A DNA stretch of 64,000 nt from a virus. The notes beneath the pieces are model-generated. The model made no database searches. It was given only the letters and a program-made list of their open reading frames with translations, and was not told where the DNA came from. The translations under genes and the position numbers were made by a program. The stretch lies in the IMG/VR virus record IMGVR_UViG_3300004369_000009, positions 1-64,000 of that record. One strand, written 5' to 3'. This document shows, in pieces, positions 46,301-57,500 of the stretch (positions within the stretch are counted from its first letter, which is position 1; each line of letters starts with the position of its first letter).

Positions 46301-49300
46301 TATGCCAGAGCGATAATTCTAAGATCCTTAACTCTTGGAATGTATGGCTGGTTATAATTTCTCAGTACCAACTTCAGTTGGAATCCATCGAAAGCAGCCG
46401 CGTCATTCAGGGTGTACTCATAATCATTCCATACAAATGGGTCATTTTGGGGAACCATTTTTCCGCTATCGGGACGACCATCAGTGTTGAAGAATTCATA
46501 GTTGATGTCGTCTGGATCGCCAGTGTAACCAGCGGGAACGAGTTTGTACATAGCAATGATGTCTGAGAATTCAAATGTATTAGCAGACAAAGCAACCTTA
46601 ACACCTGTAGACGAATTTTCCAGTCTAGCAAGTCTCGTGATGTATATAGCGGCGTTCTCATCACCGATACCCTTACTAGGAGTAGCGTAGTTGATGAGGT
46701 TAGCAGTCGTGGTGACACTCATGCGCTGGGTGTCAATAACTGGTGACAGATGGCTTACATCCGAGAACATGTTCAATTCCAAGGTCAAAGACTTACCACC
46801 AGACATGTTGCTGATTTCATTCTGCTTGGAAGCGATAATCTTATGAGACAGGAAGTAGTTAATATCGTTAAGAGTGATTTCTCTCCAGGTAGAATCTGCT
46901 TGGAAAGAAGTTTCAGGGCTAACACCAGATGGGAAAGGACCACAGGAAGTACCGCTAGTGGCTCTTGCTCTAGCAGCAATCGAACATCCAGGTTGTACTT
47001 GAGTCTGAACTTGTGGCGTCAAAACATCCCAAGGGACATTTTGAGAAGAAAGAATATTTTCACCACCACCATTGATAGTCTTATGGGACTTGAATCCAGT
47101 GATATTCAATCTATACTTATGGGGGCTATTCAGAGAAGAAAAACCACCGAAAGTAGTTGTGTGGTGAGTTCCATTAACTCTTGTCAGAGGAATACCAGCA
47201 AGGTTATAGCACTGAACAGCAGCGTTGGCAGTATGAGCAGTTCCAGAAGCGGAACCAGAATTGCTAGCGGCATCCCAGTTTCTACCAGATACGGTACCCG
47301 AGTTGTGACCCAGAACGTTAATTACCCAGTTAGGAGAACCATTGTTAATATACTCATAAGCAATGATCTCATCGCCAATCTTAATGAATCCAGGATTGGT
47401 GTCAGAGACCGCAGGAGCGGCGTTACCAGGACCCGTGTTAGAAGCAGTCAGAGAAGCGGCTTGAGTGCTGTTGCCGCCGATACAGCGGTGGAATAGTGAG
47501 GCATCAGAGACAACAATCTGAGAAGCCGTAGCAGACAAATCGCTAGAAAGTACAGTGTCACCAATTTCAGAAATAACACCATCCAAGATTACATAGTTGG
47601 CATTACTCTGCATGCCGTGGTTGCTGTGGAAAACTTCAATGTATGCTTGATTGTCAGTTACAGCAATCGAGTTTGGCAGCAGTGGGAGGAAACCACCGTT
47701 GTTCTCTTCGAGAGTAGCGTTGTTCAGGAAGACTTGAGACTGGTTCAGAGTAGTGGGCAGAACAAAGTCTGCTCTGTAGATCTTGAACATCAGGTCTTCA
47801 AACTGAGAAGGTGTCCAAGTAGAAGCGTTCTGAGACTTGAACAGTACACCAATATAGGGTTGCTCAGAGATCTTCTCACCAGCATGAGCAGCGTCGATAG
47901 CATCCTCACCCAGCAAGGAGATGAACACCTTGTACTGGTTAGAGTCGGAGGTTACGACAATACAATGCTCAGTTTGATGGGGAATATAAACGGGGGATTC
48001 AAATGTGAAGGTAGTAGGAGCCGAAGCATCAGTAGAAGTAACTACATCACCCGCTTTCTTAATGACCTTAGAGAAAGGAAGAATAGTCTGAGTTGGAATA
48101 CCATTTTCTACCGTACGAATATCAATGGCAACAGGAATCTCAGAGTCCTTCTGCTGGAAGTACAGATCAATCTTAGTAAGGAATACACCACCCTCAAGCT
48201 CGTCATCTTGAATCAAGAAAGTTTGAGCCAATGGGTCAGACCACAGAGTCCTGTTTTGAGTCAATCTCTCCTCATCGAGTTTAGCATTACGAACCGAGAT
48301 GATTGTTTCCTGAGTGGTCTGGAGAATACCAGTTGCGCTGTATTCGGTTTGAGCGCTGGACTCAGACTCACCAACAACTGTAGAATCATTAGTAGTATCC
48401 GACAAGCGGAATACACGAGTACCAGTCTTAAACTTGGGATTAGTAGATTTACTTGGATCGGGGATAAAGAATGTACCTTTCAGGAAACCTGCCTGGTCAG
48501 TAACCAATCTTCTTTCCTTAACCTTTGCCTTAGCACCAGAAGACTGACCCACAAGAATTTCACCAGCAATAGGATTGCCCGAATAAGCACCTAGAGCCTG
48601 AGCAGCAAGTGAAGTAGTGTCGAGATTAATCCAACCAAGGTTAGCAGTATAATCGTTAACTGATGCGATATTCTGGTTAGTGTATGGGTTTATAGTGTAC
48701 TCATTGTTTGGCTCAAGAATACGAAGAGTCGCACCAGAAGTCAAACCTTTAACAGTTTCGCCAACTTGGAATGGAATACTATTGGTGTCAGAGTCATCAT
48801 TAGGATTCTTAGTCACTTCCAACATCTTAGGTGTGATGTAAGACTTAACTGAAACGCCATCAAAGAAAGCATAGAAACGAGTTTTGGGCTTAAGTTTCTC
48901 TGCCTTAAACTCAATATTTCTAGAGCGCATATTTTGAATGTGCTCAACAGAAACAACTCTATTACCAAGAGACTGCTGCTCAATGATAGGAGTAATTCTG
49001 TAACGGATACCACTTCTGGTCTGATCCGTTCTAACTCTAGAGAAACGTTCTGTACGAGTCGAACGATTCTTACCCTTACCTGTAGTAACTTGGCGACTAA
49101 ACCAAATACGACCAGACCATGTGGTCTGCCAGGAACCCCATTGAATAGGAGTAATACCATTCTGGTCCGCTCTCATATCACGGAGAGTGGTCTGGTAGTT
49201 ACCCTCAACAGTTGGACCCTGAAGAGCAGCCAGAGATTTAGTATCTACCCAGTCATCAGACTCAGGATAGAGTTTAATGTCACCAACGAAAGTAAAGACG

Positions 49301-52300
49301 TTGAATGGATTGACATTCTCAAGCGCAGAGGCAAATGGCTGGTCAACCAAAACAACATCACTATAAGGCAGGGTGATGATGTCACCAGTCTGCTTAATGT
49401 TGGTGGAATTGGAGCTAACAATCAAAGGAACGTTAGTTGTATAGTGAGAAGGGCGCAGATGACCTTCTTCAAAGTCAATAGAAACTCTGTAGTCTGGATG
49501 GAATGTATCGCTAGTTCCCAGAGAAGCAAAGTTGTCTACAATAAAACCATTCTTAAATCTGTCCAGACCATTAGTATCTCTGATCTGAAGAGTAGCAGTT
49601 TCAGTTTCAAGGAGAGACAGTTGAGTGTAGTATTCCAGAGTTTTAATTCTGGTTTCCAACTGTTGAATATCTCTAAAAGTATATCTCTTATAGTTTGTTT
49701 GAGTGATATCTACATCTTTGTCGATGTCAAAGATGTAAGGACGCATGAAGATGGTAGCCAGAAGCATGGCATCTTCAATCTCAGAAGGCTCTACTGGATT
49801 TTCAGCAGGTTCACCTTTAATTACTTGAATCTTATTATCTTTGTTGATGAATACTTTGTCAGTTCTACCCAAGTAGTATTCATAAGAAAGGATAGTGGTA
49901 TCGGACTGACCAGGAAGACCAACAAAGTTTCCAGTAAACTCTCTATTATCAAAGTCAAGTTTACCAGAAGAGGTATGCTCAAAAGGAGACAATCTTGTAC
50001 CAGATCCACTAATCAGGCTTGGAACCATTGGACGGAAGTCCAAAACATTTCTTAGTGGGAACTCAGAGAAAGTTGGAATCTCTTTATATACTTCACTGGA
50101 GTAAGAATCTACAGTATAGAAACCATCACCACCAGTGGTTACAAATCTATCAAAAATTACAAGCAGTTTGTGAGTAGGAGCAGCATACCCAGACTTTCTA
50201 ACGAGTCTGGAATAATCATAATACTGCTCTCTCTGACCATTGTCCAATTCGTAAGCACTGGTTACATTAGAACTGCCTAGAACAATGCTATTGGCTACGA
50301 TACGAGCAGTGGTTGTTTCGGTATTAATGACCTCTGCGTTATCAAACAGAGTATCAGTTAGCATCACAAAGTAAACATAGTTACTATCAAAGGATACAAT
50401 CTGAGCTTTAGCGCCAGAAGAAACACCAGTTATAATCTGGTTGATCGCATAAGAACCAACTAGGTTGGTATATGAGAAGTGTGGAATAACAGGAGACTGA
50501 GAATCTTTGGATTCATAGACTGCCTTAATCTTAAAGACATCAGGACAACCCAAAGAAATTGTACGATCCTCAACTCTAGTACCATAACCAGCTGTATAAC
50601 TGGTAAGACCATTAGCACTACCAAGAGCAGATTTATTAATCAAAGCCACTTTCATGCGTTCAGTGGTCTTAGACTTAGCAGATCTATTGCTACTGTATAC
50701 TGTGGCAATTACAATACAACCATTAACTGTAGTGGGAAGACCAGAAACAGAAACGGAAGCAGATCCAGCACCAGTGCTAGTAGTAAAATTGGGGAAAGTA
50801 TAACTATTACCAAGAACACCACTTCCAGAAGAGACGCTAGTTACAATGATTTGGAAATCATCAGCATCTTGTGGTGCTCTAAAGACAAGGTTTGATCCAG
50901 CAGAAAGCGAGAATGAACCGTTAGTGATCTCAGAAGAAGGAATAACGTATGACTTACGGAAATAACCCAGAGGAGTTACAGAAGCACCCTGGCTGTTTGT
51001 ACTGGTAGATTTGACAGCAGCCTTAGGAATAGGAGTAATCAGAGCACGCTTAGTAGCAAACTGAATCTGAGGTCTCGTCAGAGTAATGGCAGAGGTTACA
51101 GATCCATTAGCAAGAGTCGTGCTACCTTCTCTAGTAATTGTGAAACTAGAGTTGCTAGTTACATTAGTAACTCTAGCGGTATGTTGTTGATTGTTGTTAG
51201 AGAAACGAATGATATCACCAATTCTCAGCTGAGCCGTAAAGTTAGACAGGCTAGCAGTGATAGTAGCGTTTCCTCCAGATACCCCACTAACAACAGGACC
51301 GTTAGCAGAAACCGTTGCTTGAACATCCAAAAGGACATTAGCAGTAAAAGTGCCACTAAGGGTCATAGAACGGATGTCACTAAATTGATATCCGTAGATG
51401 CTAGAAATTGTTCCCAGGTTACTGGAAGCACTTTCATACCTAACGGCTTCACCAGCAACAAAGTTGCCAGTGATTCCGTATACAGTACAAGTGGAGTTAG
51501 AACCATTAGTTCTAACAAAGCCAGACGCGCCAGAGTTGACACCAACAATTTTGGTTCCTTGGACCCAAGTTACCGCACCAGTCATGGTGAGGGTAGTGAA
51601 CAACGTCGTATCCGAGACATTTACTCGGTAAATTGTGCTAGAGGCATCTCTAACACCAGAATCAAAACTAAAGCCAAAGACTCTAGTAAGACCGATAACA
51701 TTACCCACAGCAGTGCCAGGGGTAGTTACCAGTCTATCACGAAGTTCTACAGTTTCGTAAAGTTCTACGCCACCATACAATTCGTCCACCAGAACGTAGT
51801 TTCCAAAGTCAGAAGCAAACGACTGGGAATCAGCAGCAGTAAAAGTTCTTGGTTTATCACTATCCTTAAAGGTATTTGCCAGTTTCTCAGTTCTGTAACC
51901 AGAAATGTAGGCAGTACCAGGAGAGATCTGAATGGACATCTTGTCCTCAGATGGGTCATTACCATCTTGAGTAACAGCATCCGATTCATATACACCATTA
52001 TTGAAAGCGTTATTAAGATTTTCTCTAACATCAATAGAGAATCTCTTAACATAATAATCGCCAGACTCTTCTTTTGTTCTAAGAGCCAGAATATCATTAA
52101 TATAACTAAGATCACTACGCTCTACTTTACTCTCTAATTTACCTTCATTGGTACGGAGAAGTTCAATAAAGTCAGCGGAGTTAGGATCTTTAAGTTCCTT
52201 TTTGATTAGGGTCAGGTTGATCTTGAAGCGATCAGCACCAGGAGCAGAGAAGTTTGTGCTACCAATTGCGTTGTCATAAAGGGTAGGATCTTCATCAGCA

Positions 52301-52980
52301 GTGATGATTCTTTCCTCAACCTTCAAACCAACCTTGTATGAGGGGCTATTGCTATATTGATCAAGAACAACCGTTTGTTCGGGTACAGTTACAAAATAAC
52401 CACGAACAAAATAAACACCTCTACCAATATTAGCGGTGGAAGCAACGGCAGTGCTGTTGGAGTTCAGCAACTGAGCCAGAGGCGTACCAGAAACAATAGT
52501 GGATGTGCTGTAAGTAATATCTTCTTCGCAAGTCAGAACTTCGCCAGCCTGAAAGACGCTAGTAGTATTATCGTCTGCTTTTGTCAGGTAAGTCAAATAG
52601 AACGAAACGTATCCACGAGTAGACTCAGCGGCACTAATACTGAAGTTTACACGAGCACGAATGTTCGAGTTAGAACCTTTGATTACCTTATTATTCAGCG
52701 CTTCCCTATAGAGCTCAACGGGAAGGTTGAGATAGTTATTTTGTACAAGTACAACTGGATACTGTTTGTTGAGGGTGATACCCCCAGGCACAACCATACT
52801 ACCCTCACGGTAGATGCCCTGACCAAACGAGTTGATTTGGTTCTGGAGCAGTGACTGTAGGGTGGTTAATTCTCTAGCTTGGACTGGATATCCAGGCTTA
52901 AAGAGTACCTTGAGAAACCCCTTATCCTCATCAAAGTCGTCAAAATAAGGGGAAATATTAAGGTTGGTATTCTGTGCCAT
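46300..52980 (-). CDS. VrlC-like / DUF4815-type baseplate structural protein (2226 aa)
   Basis: TNLNISPYFDDF...VLFKPGYPVQARELTTLQSLLQNQI; APGADRFKI; RIKTLEYYTQLSLLE...DRFKNGFIVDNF; DPLAQTF; C-term PRVKDLRIIALA. Confidence 0.9.
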   Translation of the reverse strand: MAQNTNLNISPYFDDFDEDKGFLKVLFKPGYPVQARELTTLQSLLQNQINSFGQGIYREGSMVVPGGITLNKQYPVVLVQNNYLNLPVELYREALNNKVIKGSNSNIRARVNFSISAAESTRGYVSFYLTYLTKADDNTTSVFQAGEVLTCEEDITYSTSTIVSGTPLAQLLNSNSTAVASTANIGRGVYFVRGYFVTVPEQTVVLDQYSNSPSYKVGLKVEERIITADEDPTLYDNAIGSTNFSAPGADRFKINLTLIKKELKDPNSADFIELLRTNEGKLESKVERSDLSYINDILALRTKEESGDYYVKRFSIDVRENLNNAFNNGVYESDAVTQDGNDPSEDKMSIQISPGTAYISGYRTEKLANTFKDSDKPRTFTAADSQSFASDFGNYVLVDELYGGVELYETVELRDRLVTTPGTAVGNVIGLTRVFGFSFDSGVRDASSTIYRVNVSDTTLFTTLTMTGAVTWVQGTKIVGVNSGASGFVRTNGSNSTCTVYGITGNFVAGEAVRYESASSNLGTISSIYGYQFSDIRSMTLSGTFTANVLLDVQATVSANGPVVSGVSGGNATITASLSNFTAQLRIGDIIRFSNNNQQHTARVTNVTSNSSFTITREGSTTLANGSVTSAITLTRPQIQFATKRALITPIPKAAVKSTSTNSQGASVTPLGYFRKSYVIPSSEITNGSFSLSAGSNLVFRAPQDADDFQIIVTSVSSGSGVLGNSYTFPNFTTSTGAGSASVSVSGLPTTVNGCIVIATVYSSNRSAKSKTTERMKVALINKSALGSANGLTSYTAGYGTRVEDRTISLGCPDVFKIKAVYESKDSQSPVIPHFSYTNLVGSYAINQIITGVSSGAKAQIVSFDSNYVYFVMLTDTLFDNAEVINTETTTARIVANSIVLGSSNVTSAYELDNGQREQYYDYSRLVRKSGYAAPTHKLLVIFDRFVTTGGDGFYTVDSYSSEVYKEIPTFSEFPLRNVLDFRPMVPSLISGSGTRLSPFEHTSSGKLDFDNREFTGNFVGLPGQSDTTILSYEYYLGRTDKVFINKDNKIQVIKGEPAENPVEPSEIEDAMLLATIFMRPYIFDIDKDVDITQTNYKRYTFRDIQQLETRIKTLEYYTQLSLLETETATLQIRDTNGLDRFKNGFIVDNFASLGTSDTFHPDYRVSIDFEEGHLRPSHYTTNVPLIVSSNSTNIKQTGDIITLPYSDVVLVDQPFASALENVNPFNVFTFVGDIKLYPESDDWVDTKSLAALQGPTVEGNYQTTLRDMRADQNGITPIQWGSWQTTWSGRIWFSRQVTTGKGKNRSTRTERFSRVRTDQTRSGIRYRITPIIEQQSLGNRVVSVEHIQNMRSRNIEFKAEKLKPKTRFYAFFDGVSVKSYITPKMLEVTKNPNDDSDTNSIPFQVGETVKGLTSGATLRILEPNNEYTINPYTNQNIASVNDYTANLGWINLDTTSLAAQALGAYSGNPIAGEILVGQSSGAKAKVKERRLVTDQAGFLKGTFFIPDPSKSTNPKFKTGTRVFRLSDTTNDSTVVGESESSAQTEYSATGILQTTQETIISVRNAKLDEERLTQNRTLWSDPLAQTFLIQDDELEGGVFLTKIDLYFQQKDSEIPVAIDIRTVENGIPTQTILPFSKVIKKAGDVVTSTDASAPTTFTFESPVYIPHQTEHCIVVTSDSNQYKVFISLLGEDAIDAAHAGEKISEQPYIGVLFKSQNASTWTPSQFEDLMFKIYRADFVLPTTLNQSQVFLNNATLEENNGGFLPLLPNSIAVTDNQAYIEVFHSNHGMQSNANYVILDGVISEIGDTVLSSDLSATASQIVVSDASLFHRCIGGNSTQAASLTASNTGPGNAAPAVSDTNPGFIKIGDEIIAYEYINNGSPNWVINVLGHNSGTVSGRNWDAASNSGSASGTAHTANAAVQCYNLAGIPLTRVNGTHHTTTFGGFSSLNSPHKYRLNITGFKSHKTINGGGENILSSQNVPWDVLTPQVQTQVQPGCSIAARARATSGTSCGPFPSGVSPETSFQADSTWREITLNDINYFLSHKIIASKQNEISNMSGGKSLTLELNMFSDVSHLSPVIDTQRMSVTTTANLINYATPSKGIGDENAAIYITRLARLENSSTGVKVALSANTFEFSDIIAMYKLVPAGYTGDPDDINYEFFNTDGRPDSGKMVPQNDPFVWNDYEYTLNDAAAFDGFQLKLVLRNYNQPYIPRVKDLRIIALA

Positions 52981-54504
52981 TTAGAATTCAATTACTACTT
53001 TGAGCTCTTCGTTCTGATCCGCCGATCTGGAAATCGGGTTCCTATTATCTATGTAGAGGATTTCTCCAGAGTTGATTTGAACCTCTCCGTTAGCATAACC
53101 CTCAACAAAAGAGAGACCAAGTTCATAAACAGAAACACCAATCTGAATCTGACTCTTAGGAACAGATGCTGTACCAAAAGTAGAGTCGGGAGTGGCAGTG
53201 ATCAAATCAGATGAGGTAATTTCATAGTTACCAGAGAACTCAATGATGTTACCCGAAGTAACTCCATCAAATGAATCCTGGTAATACTTCAAAAGCTTAG
53301 TATTGGAATCATAGGAAACTACATATCCTTTTGCGAGTGTAGTTGCCTGTGAGATTGTAGATCCAGGTTGGAACGTTCCGTTAGGGGCGCCAGTTCCAGA
53401 CTGAGGGAAGATCATGGCTTTTACACCAGATCTTGTGTTTTGAGAAGACACCGTTGTGGTGTTGTAGTCATATGGGTTAAGAACCAGACCGACTCTACGG
53501 AATGTAAGGTCAGTTGGGAAGTCAACAAACGCAGTAGAGGTTTCAAGTTTGGAAGCAAACATCAAACGATAAGATCCAAGTTCTCTAGCAGCATCAGAAC
53601 CATGACCACCGTTAGGAGGAATAATGATATCCAAATTTGCGTTAGCACCAGTACCGATGTTTGTAATCAAACCAACATCAATAGTGGCAAAACTATAGTT
53701 AGATCCAGACTGAGTAACGGTAACATTACTAATACTACCAGAAACAACAGTAATGGAACAATATGCTTGAGTTCCTCCATTGATTTCCCAATCACCACGA
53801 ATGGGTACATTAGTGAATGTGCCGTTATTATAACCAGCACCAGCATTCTCAATAACAATAGTATCAACTGAACCAGCACCAGCGGCAGCTTCTACCAGAG
53901 CATTGTCAAGGACGGGGATAAACTCAGAAGTAACGAACTTCAGAATGTTATCAGCGTCAATGGTGTACATGTACTTCCAACGATACTTATAGTCGGAAGA
54001 ATCATTAGTTTCAATAACTGTGGTCGAGGTGCCAGTTGGCTCTACTAGCGAAGGACGACCTTTGGGAAATTCGGGAGTCTGACCATTATAAAGACACTTG
54101 TAGACATTAAAGTCTGAGTTCATCACATAGAAGTTAGAGTCATACAAACGGGTCGCGCCATTTGCTGTCGTCTTTGCTGGTGAATAATCAGGTTTGTACA
54201 TAGAGTATGTACGACCAGTACCACCAGTAGTTTCTGTTGGGTCAATCCAGTCAACCCTAGGAATGACGAGAGCGGTGTCAGAAATATCTACGCGCTTATA
54301 TGCTACCGAATCAGAGTATACCTGTCGATGGTATGTAAATGAATCAATAGGCTCGTCTGTGGGAGGTGAATCTGAATTTCCTGCCCATGCCTTAGGTCTA
54401 CCTACAAAGAGATAGACTCTATTAGCATCAGAGCCTGCACTGCCTAAGGTGTTTCGGAACGCCTCGGCAGCATAAATCCTAAATTTGTCGGTTACAAGAG
54501 CCAT
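52981..54504 (-). CDS. gp8: Baseplate wedge subunit
   Basis: YLFVGRP..W; VIPRVDW; FYVMNSDFNVYKCLYNG; YRWKYMYTI; PPNGGHG.DAARELG; SGEILYIDNR.PISRS.DQ.EELKVVIEF. Confidence 0.95.
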   Translation of the reverse strand: MALVTDKFRIYAAEAFRNTLGSAGSDANRVYLFVGRPKAWAGNSDSPPTDEPIDSFTYHRQVYSDSVAYKRVDISDTALVIPRVDWIDPTETTGGTGRTYSMYKPDYSPAKTTANGATRLYDSNFYVMNSDFNVYKCLYNGQTPEFPKGRPSLVEPTGTSTTVIETNDSSDYKYRWKYMYTIDADNILKFVTSEFIPVLDNALVEAAAGAGSVDTIVIENAGAGYNNGTFTNVPIRGDWEINGGTQAYCSITVVSGSISNVTVTQSGSNYSFATIDVGLITNIGTGANANLDIIIPPNGGHGSDAARELGSYRLMFASKLETSTAFVDFPTDLTFRRVGLVLNPYDYNTTTVSSQNTRSGVKAMIFPQSGTGAPNGTFQPGSTISQATTLAKGYVVSYDSNTKLLKYYQDSFDGVTSGNIIEFSGNYEITSSDLITATPDSTFGTASVPKSQIQIGVSVYELGLSFVEGYANGEVQINSGEILYIDNRNPISRSADQNEELKVVIEF

Positions 54505-54523
54505 CAGACAAAGCTTTTAGATG

Positions 54524-54531
54524 TATTTATA
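54524..54531 (-). promoter_or_regulatory. T4-type late promoter TATAAATA for gp8
   Basis: Perfect consensus about 20 nt upstream of the gp8 ATG. Confidence 0.82.
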
Positions 54532-54532
54532 C

Positions 54533-54561
54533 TTGACAAAGAAGAGATTCAGGAGTAGACT
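54533..54561 (+). promoter_or_regulatory. Sigma70-like promoter TTGACA-N17-TAGACT pointing antisense into gp7
   Basis: Perfect -35 at 54533-54538, exactly 17-nt spacer, TAnnnT -10 at 54556-54561. Confidence 0.6.
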
Positions 54562-54599
54562 CTACAGTGTAGCGGGTTCAAGGATGAGCTTTAGCTACT

Positions 54600-57500
54600 T
54601 TATGCGTAGAGTCTAACAATTGGACGGATCTGTAGTGTAGCGCTGGTTTCCTGAAGAGCTACAGTAGAGGTAATTGTAAAGGTTGCGTCACCAGTCTTGG
54701 TAACTTTATATACCCCATTCAAAGAACTATATGACAAAGTACCACCAGAACCAGGAACTGTTCCGCCAGAAGTGAAGAAGATATATCTCTCCATTCCAGT
54801 TTCAAGGTTATGATCACTAGACATAGTTACAGAAATGGTGGTGCCGTTGGCGGTCCAAGTTCCATTTTCAATGTTAATATTGTGTCCAACACCTAGGCTT
54901 GGACCTGTACGCTTGTAACCTCTACCATTAGTTGTAACAACAAAAGTATTAGCGTTATAATCAACTGTTCCGTAAAGAACTCTTTCTACACTCCAATTAG
55001 TACCATTCCAATAAGGAATCATTATTTCACCGTCACTTGGGAAACCTTCACCAGCATCATATCCAAAGTCTTGGCAAGGAATAGTTTGTGCTGTATCTGT
55101 AATAGAAGAAGAAAGAATCGCGGTGTAAAGGAATCTACTATTACTAATGGTCCTATCTCTTTGAGTTCTTTCAACAGCAACTGGGTGGAAAGTTTGTACA
55201 GTTGGAGCATTGACGTAATTAGATCCACCTTGAAGATCAATAACCTCAATGACTTTACCACTACCTTGCTCAATGATAGTTCTAGCGCTAGCGCCAGTAC
55301 CACCACCACCATTAAAGGAGAGGAATGGTGGATATTCATAATTGCCACCAGCATCAATAATATTGACCTTAACTACTTTTCCACCAACAACAACGGCTTC
55401 AAAAGAAGCAACAGATGGTTGGAGACCAGTATATTCATAAGTTTCAATAGAACTTGAAGAAGCAATCTGAGCAAGAATACGATTTTCACCTTCGGAGTCA
55501 ATTCTGAGAAGATCGCCAGGGTCAATACTGTTGTAAGTATCTTCAACTGTGATGTCTAGGTCAGAACCAGTGTAGATGAAGGTCAGACACTCGGCACCTG
55601 CTCGTGGTGCTTCAGTGAATTCAAGAATTGAACCATTCAGAACAAATGATACTTCTGGTTCCTGATAGACACCATTCATGAACATGATAATATTGTTCGC
55701 TGGGATAACGGCAGGAGAATCAGATTCCAGGGAGAATGGCTGATCATTCTTCTTAAGAATGAATGTTTTTCTCTCATTATCAAAGAATGGAGCAATAGGA
55801 TCTAGATCTTTCAACTGACCAACATAGAAGCAGTAGAAATCCATGTTGCCCAGCGGGGCTTCAGTGAAATTGATGGTAGATGGAGTTCCTGTGTAACTGT
55901 AAGAAACACCAAGTTCCTGAATGTGGGAATTAAGAAATAGCAGGAATCTGTCGTTACCTGGCAGAGTATATCCAGTACCACCAACTTTAGCGGGGTACGA
56001 AGTTGTAGTTCCGTCAAAGGTAACGGTCTCAACTTCAATTTGGAAACTGTTGATTACAGTACCGCCAACATCAGCAGCATCAACACCAAGCATATCAGTG
56101 TTAAGGTAATTGCTACCTCCATTTACCAAAGCTACGTCGGTAACCGCACCTGTAACTCTAGCAATTGGATTGGTAGCAGCAGTTGTTGGATTGCCACCAG
56201 TAAATGCCAGAGTAGGTGCTTGATTGTAATCCTTACCTGTTTGTTGAACTTCAAGACGCTCGATAAATCTACCAACAGTGGCAGAAGCCAAAGCAGTTGT
56301 GGTAATAGTATCAGCAGGGTCGTTGATAATTTCAACAACAACATCATCGTAACCATAACCACCGTAAGTAACATTGATTCCAGTAACTGCTCCACCAGAG
56401 ATGGTAGCAGTAGCAGTAGCGTTAAAACCACTATTGGATTTGATCACTACAGTTGGAACATTGTTATAGCCAACGCCAGGTTGGGTTACTGCGATACTCT
56501 TGATGAAACCTTCAGAGGAAAGAACAGCAGAGATTGCGCCATCTGTAACAGCAGTATATCCAGACTGAACAATAGTAGGAGCACCTTCATACCCATCACC
56601 ACACTGACCAACAGTTCTAGTGAAGGTATTGAAGTTGCCCTGACCGATAACGGTGTAGGCAAAATCCATCAAAGTTTCAATCGTAGAGATTACATTTGTA
56701 CAACCTCCAGAAACCGAAGTGATGCTAGGATCCTTGTACTGGCTTCTAGTGCTGAAGTTATACTGCGAATAGGTCTCATAAGTTTCATTGTTAATTGCCT
56801 TCTTGACCATCTGACGTGCTTCTTCAAACACGTATTGGGTCTCGGCTTCTTCACCCTGTACGTGACCACCATTGAAGTACATATCGAGGTTGTCCCACAG
56901 AACGTGGTTACCACCGAATGCTACGTTAACGCCAACGGCACGCAAGATGTCAACAGTGTCAGATTTACACTGTTCATCACCAATACCAGGAGAGTTGAAT
57001 CCAGTAGGAGCAGTTCTAGTAAACGTAGAGAGAGAATCAGTGTCGATCGCAACTTCGATGATATTCATCAGAGTATCAATCGCAGCGGTTACGTTTGTAC
57101 AACCACCAACGACATTAGTAATACTAGAGTCCGTAACCTGAGAAATGCCGTGGGAACCGCGAACGGTAACTGCGGTATTATCAATTACTTCCTTAGCAAT
57201 CTTAGTGGCTTCTCTATAAACGTACTTAGAGTGAATCTCTTCGCCATCCAGATGTGAGGTGCCTACGTAGTAAGCAGCGGCATCATAGATTTCGCTGTTG
57301 GAACCATACTTGACGTTGATAGAAAGCGCTTCCATAACATCAACAACGTCATCGATACAGTTGACATTGCCGTTTGGAACGGTAAAGGCAGCAGGTTCAG
57401 TTCTGGTGGCATGAGTCATCAGATCTGTTTGGATTGCCAATTCGATGATGTCGATCAAAGTGTTGACACCAGAGATGACGTTTGTACAACCACCAGATAC

